From Rebecca billardiae RCC1528 (lineage: Eukaryota > Protista > Haptophyta), in NCBI GenBank assembly GCA_965240325.2, contig OZ251227.1, positions 1 through 64,000 of the forward strand: a stretch of DNA of 64,000 nt. Direction: 5' to 3'. Position numbers and translations under genes: made by a program. Below, in pieces: positions 56,277-64,000 of the stretch. Position 1 is the first letter of the stretch, and every line of letters begins with the position of its first letter. Under the pieces are notes generated by a model. It did not search any database and was not told the origin of the DNA. It saw only the letters and a program-made list of their open reading frames with translations.

Positions 56277-59200
56277 ATGGGGCGGCGGGTGCTCGCGGCG
56301 GCCTGCTTTTGGCCCGCCGTGCTCCTCGCGGGCGGCGGCGGCAGCGGCCCCGGCGGCGCGGCGGCGGACGAGCTGCGCGTCGGCCTGGTCGGCCCGCTCG
56401 ACGCGGGCAACATCGAGGACGCGCTCGTCTCCCTCCTCGCCGTGCTCGACTTCAACGCGCGGAGCGACGCGGTGCTGCCCGCGCTCGGCAACGGCACGGC
56501 GCGCGCGCACGCGGCGCTGGCGGGCTGCGACGTGCGGCTGTCGGTGGACGTGCGCGACTCGGCGCTCGATCCGCGCACCGCGCTCACCGCCGCCTTCGAC
56601 GGCCACCGGCTGCACGGCTGGCGCGCGCTGCTGGGCGCGTGGCGCTCGGCGTGCTCGGAGCCGATCGCGACCGCCGGCCGCGTGCTGCCGCTGCCGCAGG
56701 TGTCGGCGCTCTCGACGAGCGCGGAGCTGTCGGACGGGGTGGCGTACCCCATGTTCTCCCGCGTGATCGCGAGCGACGCCGGCACCGCCTCCGCCATCCT
56801 CGCGCACGTGCTCGCGCACGGCTGGCGCGAGATCGGGCTGCTGCACGTGGACGACGCGTTCGGCCGCGGCATGGCGGAGGCGCTGCGCGCGCGGTGCGCC
56901 GAGGCGGGCGTGCTGGTCGTGCGCGCGAGCTTCGGCTTCGACGACGACGACGCGCTCGCCGCCGCCGCCGCCTCGATGCGCGGGCTGCAGGGCGCGCCGC
57001 TGCGTGTGCTCGTCGCGGTGCTCTTTGACTCGCACCTGCGGCCGCTCGCGCGCGCGGCGTCGGCCGCCGGGCTGGGCGGGCCGGCGTCGCACCTGGTGCT
57101 GGGCAGCCCGCCGTCGGCGCAGGCGCTCGCGGGCGCGACGAGCGAGGAGGAGCGCGCGCTGCTGCACGGCGCCGCGTACGTCTCGCCCTCCGCCGACCAC
57201 CCGGACGGCGGCGGCGCGTTCCGCGCGCTCGCGGCCGCGCGCTGGCGCGCCGCGGCGGCCGACAACGGCACGGCCGCGGCGCTGCTCGCGCTGCTGCCGG
57301 CGGGCGCGGCGCGCGACGCGGCGCGGGCGCGGCTCGCGCGCGCGGACGAGCCGCCCAAGTCGATCGCCGGCTTCGCGTACGACGCCGTCGTCGCGCTCGG
57401 CCTCGGCGCCTGCGCGGCGGGCGGCGCGGCCGCGGCCGGCGCCGACCCGCGCTCGCTCGTGCGTGCGATCCGCGGCGCGCGCTTCCTCGGCGTGAGCGGC
57501 AACGTGAGCCTCGACGGCGGGACGGGCGAGCGCGACGTGCGCACGCAGGCGTTCGAGCTGGCGAACGTGGTGTACGGCCCCGCCGGCGCGCCGGGCGGCG
57601 CGTCCGCCTCCGTCGTCGGCTCCTTCGACGGCTCGGGCTGGAGCCTGCGCGCGCCGTTCCTGTTTGCGCACGGCGGCACCGAGCCGCCCGCGGACGGGCT
57701 GGGCGCCGCGCTGCTGCGCGTGGGGCTGCTCGGCCGCTTCGCGGGGGAGGCGCTGAACGACCGGGACACGGTGGTGGCGGCGCTGATCGCCGCGCGCCTC
57801 TTCAACGCGCGCAACCTCTCCGCCATCCACCCCGACCTCGGCGCGAGCTCCGCCGCCGAGCTCGGCGCGTGCGACGTGCTCCTCGAGCCCGCGCCCGCGC
57901 ACACGGCGGGCAGCGCGCTCGCGGCCGTGCGCGCGTACGTCGCCGCGGGCGGCGAGGGCGGCGGCGAGGGCGGCGGCGCGGCGGCGGTCGAGCTGGGCGC
58001 GAGCGGCGCGCAGCTCGGCGGCACCGCCACGCGCGCCGGCTGGCACGCCATCGTCGGCGCCGCGCGCTCCGCCGTCACCGAGCCCCTCGCCCTGCTCGCG
58101 GGCATCGACCGCGTGCCCGTCGTCTCGTTCAAGTCGAGCGCGCCCGCGCTCTCCGACACGGGCCGCTTCCCGACGCTGGCGCGGACGGTGCCGAGCGACG
58201 AGGGCGTGGGCGTGGGGCTGGCGCACTACCTCGCGCTGCACGGCTGGCGCCGCGCCGGCCTCGCCCACGTCGCCGACGCGTACGGCGTCGGCTTCGCCGG
58301 CGCGATGCGCGGCGCGTGCGAGCGGCTCGGCATCCGGCTGCACTCCGCGTCGTGGCGGTACGGCGACGGGCCGTCGATACGGCGCGCGGCGGCGGCGCTG
58401 CGCGGCGAGGACGTGCGCGTGCTCGTCGCGGTGGGCTCGGAGGCGGACGTGCGCGCGCTGCTGCGCGCCGCCGTCGACGTCGGCCTCGCCTCCCCGCGCC
58501 ACCACTGGGTCCTCACCGACGGCGTCTCGCCCGACTTCTTCGGCGCGGCGGCCGCGGCCGAGCCCGCGCTCGCGCCCGCGCTGCTGGGCGCCGCGCACGT
58601 GACGGCGCGCGGCGGCCGCGAGGGGTACGCGCCGTGGGACGCGTTCGCGGCGCGCTGGGCGGAGGGCTCGCTCGGCAGCGTGGACGAGCTCAACGCGCAG
58701 CTGCCCCCCGCCGCCGCGCTGCCGCCCGCCTTCTTCGCGCCCGCCGTCCGGCCGTCGCACGCCGCCGCGTTCGGGTTCGACGCGGTGCTCGCACTCGGGC
58801 TGGGCGCGTGCAGGGCGGCGCGCGACGCGCGCACCAACCAGCCGACATTCGCGGCGGAGGCGTGGTGGGCGGCGGCGCCGGGCGGCGCCGCCGCGCCCGC
58901 CGACGCGCCGCCCGCCGCGCTCGCCTTCGACGGCCTCTCCGGCCGCGTGCTCCTCGACGAGCACGGCGACCGCTCCCTCGAGACTGGCGCGCTCGCGCTC
59001 GCGAGCGCGCAGGCCGACGGTGCCGACGGCCGCGTGCGCGCCGTCGACGTCGGCGTCTTTGACGGCGGGCGGTGGCGGCTCTCGGCGCCGCAGCTCTTCG
59101 CCGACGGGAGCGCGCAGCCGCCGAGCGACGGCGTCGACGACGCGGACGGCGCCGACGCCGGCGGCGCCGACGACGACGACGACGCCGACGCCGACGCCGA

Positions 59201-61934
59201 CGCGGACAGCGCCGGCGCCGAGCCCGCGCTGCTCGACCAGCGCACGCTGCTCAGCCTCACGCTCGCGCCGGTGGGGGCGGTGCTGCTGTGCTGCGGCTGC
59301 GCGCTGTGCTCCTCGCACCTGCTCCGCGCGTACCGCGCGGCCGCGCACGCCCACCGCCGCGACCAGCACGAGATCGCACAGCGCGTCGCGCGCGCCACCG
59401 ACGCGGCCACCACGCTCTCCTTCCCCGCGTGCTACGTGCGGCTGGACAAGCTGCGCGAGCACGGCCGGCTGCTGCCGCACGAGGCGGTGCGCGACGCGGC
59501 CGAGCTCACGATGCTCGACTCGTACGAGCAGCTGCTCACCTTCGCGCAGGAGCACACGCTCGTCTGTGCGCGCGGCCGCGGCGGCGGCGGCGCGCGGCGC
59601 GCGGTGCGCGCGGCCGCGCGCGCACCGCGACGCTCACACCGTTTGCGGCCCTGCCTTTGCGCACCGTGCGCGTGCGTGTGCGTGCGCGTGCGCGTGTGCG
59701 GCGCACCAGTCGTGTCGCACCAGTGGCTGGCGGGCGACGAGCCCGACCCGGACTCGACGCACTACCCGGCCATCCTGCGCGCCGCGTGTGCGCTGTGCGA
59801 GAGGCTGGCCCTCTCCGAGGCGGACGTCTTCCTCTGGGTGCGGCGCGGCGCACACACGGCGCACGGCGCGCACGCACCGCCGCGCACCGCCCACGCGCGC
59901 GCGCGCCCCGCCCCGCCCCGCCCCGCCCCGCCCCGCGTCCGCGTCTGCGTCCGCGCGCAGATCGACTACCTCTCGATCCCGCAGGCGTGCGAGGCCGTGA
60001 AGGCGCTCTCGATCGCCTCGCTGTGCGTGTACGCCTCGACGGCGCACCACTTTGTCGTGGTCGCGCCCAGCGTGCGCCACCGCGACCACGGCGCGCTGTG
60101 CGACACCACGTCCTACCAGCGGCGCGGCTGGTGCCGGCTCGAGCAGTGGGCGTGCCTCGCGGGCGGCGCGGGCGAGCAGATGTACGTGTGCGACGACCTC
60201 GCGCCGCTGCGGCCGGTCGCGGACGTGCGCGGCTGGCTGCTGGACTCGATCCACGTCTTCGACGGCGAGTTCTCCAACGAGGCGGACCGGCACAAGGTGG
60301 TGGAGCCGATCCTCGGGCTGTGGGCGCTGGCGCTGCGGCAGAGCGCGCACGACTCCGCGCACGACTCGCACGAGCACGCGGCGGAGGAGGAGGAGGCGCA
60401 GGGGCCGACGCGCGCGGCGGCGGCGCTCGACGCGGCGCGCGGCGGCGCCGAGCCCGGCGGCGCGGCAGCAGCGGCGCCGACGGGCGTGGACTCCCCGCGC
60501 CGCCCCTCCGCGGGCTCGCTCTCCTCCGCGCGGCTGGTGCACGAGCTGGTGCTGCCGCGCAAGCAGTCCGTCTTCCCGCCCGCCTACTTCCTGAACGGAC
60601 GGCTGATCGAGCGGCTGGAGCGGCACGTGGCTGCGCTCATGGCCGCGCCCGCGGGCTCGCCGCGCGCGCCGGCGGGCAGGCTCGGCGCGCCCGGCCGGTG
60701 GCGCGGCGCGGCGGGCTCGCTCTTCTCCAGGCGGAGCGCGCGCTGGGAGCAGGCCGCGCGCTTCAGCGCGCGGCCGAGCGACCCGCGCCCGCCCTCGCCG
60801 CGCAGCTCGCACGGCAGCGCGGTCGCGCCGTGCGCGGCGGCCGCCGACGCGGCGTGCGGCGCGCAGCCGCACGGCGGCCGCACGAGCGGCCGGCGCGCCA
60901 GCACCGCCGCCGCGGGCGGCATGGCGCCCGCCGAGCTCAGCGCGATCGCCAAGCGCGCGCTGCAGGCGCGCGAGACGGACGCGCAGGACCGGAGGGAGCG
61001 CGCGGCGCGCGCGGCGATGGCCGCGGCCGCGAGCGGCGGCGGCGGCGCGGCGCCTCCGCCCGACGGACCGCCGCTGCCGCCGGGCGCGCAGCCGCGCGCC
61101 GCGCGCTGCGCACACGCCAACGGCGCCGGCGGCGCCGAGCGCGCGGGCGGCGGCGTGCGCAGCGCGGCCAGCAGCGGCAACCTCAGCGGCAACCTCTCGG
61201 GCAACTTTGGCGCGCTGCTGAGCAACCTGGGCGCGTGGAGCGCGGGCGGCTCCGGCCGGTTTGGCGCCGCGCAGCCGCCGCGCGTGGCGGCGAGCGCGAG
61301 CGCGGGCAGCCTCGGCGCAGGCCGCGCGCACCCGAGCGGCGGCAGCCGGGCGCGCGGCCGCTCGGCCCCGCTGCGCGACGACGGCGCCTCGGACGGCGCG
61401 CCCGCCAACACGGGGGGCGCCGGGTGCGGTGCGTGCGCGGGCTGGGCGCACAGCAGCACGGGCAGCCTCGAGCGGGAGCTGGCGGAGGCGCCCAGCCCGC
61501 GCGCTGCGCCCAGCTGCGCGCCCGCCCGGCTGGGCGCCGAGGTGGCGTCCGACGAGGCCGAGTACTCGCCGATGCAGTTCCTCGCGGACAGCGTCGCCAA
61601 GCTCGCGCCCGGGCTGATGCCCGCGCCGCACGGCAGCAGCGGCAGCCCGGTGCCGCTGCCGGTGCAGGCGCCCAGCGCGCTCGTGCGCCCGCGGCCGCGC
61701 GCCAACGCGGCCCAGCCTTCCCAGGACGGGCCGCCGCCGCTTGCGCAGGAGCGCAGCGGCAGCCACCGCTCGCTGCTCAGCGGCCATGCTGGCAGCAGCA
61801 GCGGGCGCGCCCTCGATCGCTTGCTCGCATCGTCCCGGCGCGTCGCGCCCGAGGCCGACGCGGCGACTCGTCGGGGCAGCGGTCTCGCGCAGCACCACCG
61901 CCACCAGCCCCCTCCGAGGCCTGCGACTCCGTGA
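56277..61934 (+). CDS. Single-pass receptor: signal peptide, two tandem Venus-flytrap (ANF_receptor) domains, one TM helix, cytoplasmic HET/TIR-like domain and disordered tail; in-frame introns 59566-59709 and 59838-59960
   Basis: VFT1: LLGAWRSACS, PQVS..STSAELSD...YPMFSRVIASD, GWREIGLLHVDDAFG, FAYDAV, FLGVSGNV. VFT2: IVGAARSAVT, SSAPALSD..RFPTLARTVPSD, DAYG, FGFDAV, FDGLSGRV. TM at about 59245-59325. Spliced FVSHQWL...PDP, WIDYLSIPQ and YQRRGWCRLE. Confidence 0.85.
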   Translation: MGRRVLAAACFWPAVLLAGGGGSGPGGAAADELRVGLVGPLDAGNIEDALVSLLAVLDFNARSDAVLPALGNGTARAHAALAGCDVRLSVDVRDSALDPRTALTAAFDGHRLHGWRALLGAWRSACSEPIATAGRVLPLPQVSALSTSAELSDGVAYPMFSRVIASDAGTASAILAHVLAHGWREIGLLHVDDAFGRGMAEALRARCAEAGVLVVRASFGFDDDDALAAAAASMRGLQGAPLRVLVAVLFDSHLRPLARAASAAGLGGPASHLVLGSPPSAQALAGATSEEERALLHGAAYVSPSADHPDGGGAFRALAAARWRAAAADNGTAAALLALLPAGAARDAARARLARADEPPKSIAGFAYDAVVALGLGACAAGGAAAAGADPRSLVRAIRGARFLGVSGNVSLDGGTGERDVRTQAFELANVVYGPAGAPGGASASVVGSFDGSGWSLRAPFLFAHGGTEPPADGLGAALLRVGLLGRFAGEALNDRDTVVAALIAARLFNARNLSAIHPDLGASSAAELGACDVLLEPAPAHTAGSALAAVRAYVAAGGEGGGEGGGAAAVELGASGAQLGGTATRAGWHAIVGAARSAVTEPLALLAGIDRVPVVSFKSSAPALSDTGRFPTLARTVPSDEGVGVGLAHYLALHGWRRAGLAHVADAYGVGFAGAMRGACERLGIRLHSASWRYGDGPSIRRAAAALRGEDVRVLVAVGSEADVRALLRAAVDVGLASPRHHWVLTDGVSPDFFGAAAAAEPALAPALLGAAHVTARGGREGYAPWDAFAARWAEGSLGSVDELNAQLPPAAALPPAFFAPAVRPSHAAAFGFDAVLALGLGACRAARDARTNQPTFAAEAWWAAAPGGAAAPADAPPAALAFDGLSGRVLLDEHGDRSLETGALALASAQADGADGRVRAVDVGVFDGGRWRLSAPQLFADGSAQPPSDGVDDADGADAGGADDDDDADADADADSAGAEPALLDQRTLLSLTLAPVGAVLLCCGCALCSSHLLRAYRAAAHAHRRDQHEIAQRVARATDAATTLSFPACYVRLDKLREHGRLLPHEAVRDAAELTMLDSYEQLLTFAQEHTLVCARGRGGGGARRAVRAAARAPRRSHRLRPCLCAPCACVCVRVRVCGAPVVSHQWLAGDEPDPDSTHYPAILRAACALCERLALSEADVFLWVRRGAHTAHGAHAPPRTAHARARPAPPRPAPPRVRVCVRAQIDYLSIPQACEAVKALSIASLCVYASTAHHFVVVAPSVRHRDHGALCDTTSYQRRGWCRLEQWACLAGGAGEQMYVCDDLAPLRPVADVRGWLLDSIHVFDGEFSNEADRHKVVEPILGLWALALRQSAHDSAHDSHEHAAEEEEAQGPTRAAAALDAARGGAEPGGAAAAAPTGVDSPRRPSAGSLSSARLVHELVLPRKQSVFPPAYFLNGRLIERLERHVAALMAAPAGSPRAPAGRLGAPGRWRGAAGSLFSRRSARWEQAARFSARPSDPRPPSPRSSHGSAVAPCAAAADAACGAQPHGGRTSGRRASTAAAGGMAPAELSAIAKRALQARETDAQDRRERAARAAMAAAASGGGGAAPPPDGPPLPPGAQPRAARCAHANGAGGAERAGGGVRSAASSGNLSGNLSGNFGALLSNLGAWSAGGSGRFGAAQPPRVAASASAGSLGAGRAHPSGGSRARGRSAPLRDDGASDGAPANTGGAGCGACAGWAHSSTGSLERELAEAPSPRAAPSCAPARLGAEVASDEAEYSPMQFLADSVAKLAPGLMPAPHGSSGSPVPLPVQAPSALVRPRPRANAAQPSQDGPPPLAQERSGSHRSLLSGHAGSSSGRALDRLLASSRRVAPEADAATRRGSGLAQHHRHQPPPRPATP

Positions 61935-62224
61935 ATCGTGAGCGTCATCAATATCATCGCCGGCCCGCTCCCCGTCACGCTCACTGAGGCTGATCGACGC
62001 ACTGTGAGAAGAGTCAGACTGTGCGTACGTACGTGTACGTAGTGATGGACGACTACGATGACGATGTGTCGTCGCGGCCGGCGATGAAGCTAGCTAGTCA
62101 GCTATGGTCGTATTCGTCGTCTACTCGACTACTTGACGACGAAGTAGTAGTTGTCGTCGTCGTCGCCCATCGACCTTCGGCTTCGTCACTCAGCGGTGAG
62201 GGGTGCTGGACAGTGTACGGCGCG

Positions 62225-63410
62225 ATGGCTGCCGCCGTCATCGTCAGGCGACGACAGCAGCAGCCGGCCTGCTCGGGGCGGTGGGCTGCGGGAAGACGAC
62301 GGCGACGGCGCGCGCTGCAACGGCTGCCCGCGACCGCCGCGGCCGCGCTGCTGGCAGTGGTGCTCGGCGCGTCGCCCACGTCCGCCGAGCAGCTCGAGCG
62401 CGTGCTCGACGACGTGGCCGGCAGCGCGGCCATCGGCCGGCTCGGCCGCGCGCCGCTCGCGGACGGGTGCGCGCGCGTGTACGTGGACGTGGGCACGAAC
62501 GTGGGCGTGCAGATCCGCAAGCTGTTCGAGGCGGACAAGTACCGCGGTGCCATGGTGCTCGGCTACTTCAACGTGCTGTTTGGCAACGGCACCAGCCGCG
62601 CGACCGACGGCGCCCTGTGCGCGTTTGGGTTTGAGCCCAACCCGCTGATGACGCCGCGGCTGCGGCAGCTGGAGGAGAGCTACGCCGCGCAGGGCTGGCG
62701 CGTGCGCATCTTCACCGAGACGGCGGCGGGCGCGTCCGACGGCGTGGTCAACATCTCGTACGGCGAGAGCATGGCCGACAGCCTCGCCACGATGGCGGGC
62801 GCGCCCGCCGGCGCGCGGCCGGCGCTCGGCGGCGCCGTGAGGCTCGAGCGGCGGAGCTGCGCGCCGGCTGGACCTGGCGCGCTGGCTGCGCGAGGAGGTG
62901 GTCTTCCGGAGGATACCGGCGCGCGGCGGCCGCGCCCGCCACCGCCCCGCGGTGCTGATGAAGCTCGACGTCGAGGGCGCCGAGATCGAGCTGCTGCCCG
63001 CGCTGCTCCGCTCAGGCGTGCTCTGCCACGTCAACCTCACGATGGCCGAGTGGCATGGGCGCATGTTTGGCGGGCCCGGCACGGCGCTCCGGAGGCGGTA
63101 TGATGGGGTCGTGCGGGGCGCCGAGCGGCAGATGCGCGCCGCGTACAGCAGGACTAGCTGCCGCGCCGTGCTCATCCAATTCGACGACGAGACCTTCGCC
63201 TTCGACGACGGCACGCGGAAGGCCAACTTCGGACCGACGAGCGAGTCTCGCGCCCACGGCTTCAACGCGTCGCTCATGACGCCGCTCCCGCCAAATAAAG
63301 AGCGTGCGACGGCTCTGGCTCCCGCTGGCGGAGCTGCGCGCGGTGCGCAGGACCAGTGGGGCAGTACTCGCGCCCCGCCGCGAGTGGGCGCCGGTCGCGC
63401 CGGAGCCTAG
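62225..63410 (+). CDS. FkbM-type SAM-dependent methyltransferase with N-terminal anchor, interrupted by an apparent +1 frameshift near 62841-62868
   Basis: First frame: VYVDVGTNVGVQIRKLFE and AFGFEPNP. Second frame: LDLARWL...VLMKLDVEGAEIELLPALL...EWH. Confidence 0.7.
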
Positions 63411-63673
63411 CTAGTCGCGCATGACCGGCTGTGCCGTGTGCGGACTCTGACTCCGCTACTCGGAGTCGGAGACACTGTATGACTGTCAAACTCGCCCGGC
63501 CGATCGCCGACGCGATATGAATGCATGCGACGCCGACGTCTAGGTATATATATATAATACAGTCGTATATCGTCCTATACGACGACGTCGTACGACCGGC
63601 GGATGATATAGGTCAGCATCAGGTATCGAATAACCGGCGGCGCCGTGTCGTGAAGTCCGCGCGGCACCGTACG

Positions 63674-64000
63674 TCAGCTCGCCGCCGCTGATGCGGCGGC
63701 GCTTCGCATGGCCGGACCGCCATCACTAGTGCCCATGTTGCCAAAGCGCGACTTCATGGGCGCCGAGCTCGGGGCGCGCAATGGCGGCTCGCTCGGTGAA
63801 GGGCGAGCGTGGCCACCGCTGGCGTTGCTGGCGCCTGTGGGGGCATCGAGCGCGCTGCCGCGTCGAGGCCGCAGCACGCGGCCGGCCGAGGACGAGTCGT
63901 CGCCGTCAGACTCAGATGCAACGGTCACATCAGAGCGCGGCTCGCGCAGCGAGGGCCACGGCTGCTCCGACGCCTGGTGCCGCGCGCGTGGCGTGGCGAG
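63674..64000 (-). CDS. Possible 3' end of a gene entering from the right edge (low-complexity tail)
   Basis: Open frame ending at 63674, followed by an AT-rich stretch like those after other genes in this window. Confidence 0.3.
   Translation of the reverse strand, partial: LATPRARHQASEQPWPSLREPRSDVTVASESDGDDSSSAGRVLRPRRGSALDAPTGASNASGGHARPSPSEPPLRAPSSAPMKSRFGNMGTSDGGPAMRSAAASAAAS

Noticed and set aside
56277-61934. Class C GPCR or receptor guanylyl cyclase
   Set aside because: Only one TM helix after the ectodomain, and no kinase-homology or cyclase motifs.

Overview
Very GC-rich, gene-dense eukaryotic nuclear DNA with short GT-AG introns (donors mostly GTGCG, acceptors GCGCAG). Composition and gene content suggest a haptophyte alga, possibly a Pavlovales species (inference, not verified). 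Most long entries in the ORF track are GC-bias shadow frames. After splicing by eye I support about 20 genes: PTH2, an AIG1/FAR-17a-like membrane hydrolase, a fused CPS1/CPSIII-type carbamoyl-phosphate synthetase with a signal-plus-transit-like leader, an ACC-deaminase/D-Cys-desulfhydrase-like PLP enzyme, NEDD8, an SCI1-like protein, an IQ/EF-like/LRR/Rdx protein, a catalytically degenerate CMTR1-like protein, an acylated cyclophilin, a double-AP2 transcription factor, a full TRPM2-type channel with an intact Nudix box, a TPR protein, an importin-beta-family protein, a membrane-CRIB-GYF_2 protein, an RluA pseudouridine synthase, eIF3a, a single-pass receptor and a frameshifted FkbM methyltransferase. 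There are also two TIR elements and several repeats. The most striking items are the single-pass receptor (two tandem Venus-flytrap ectodomains plus a cytoplasmic HET/TIR-like domain), the TRPM2 chanzyme (together these could form an ADP-ribose signalling route, which is speculative), and a 2.6-kb element whose termini begin with the RSS-type heptamer CACAGTG.
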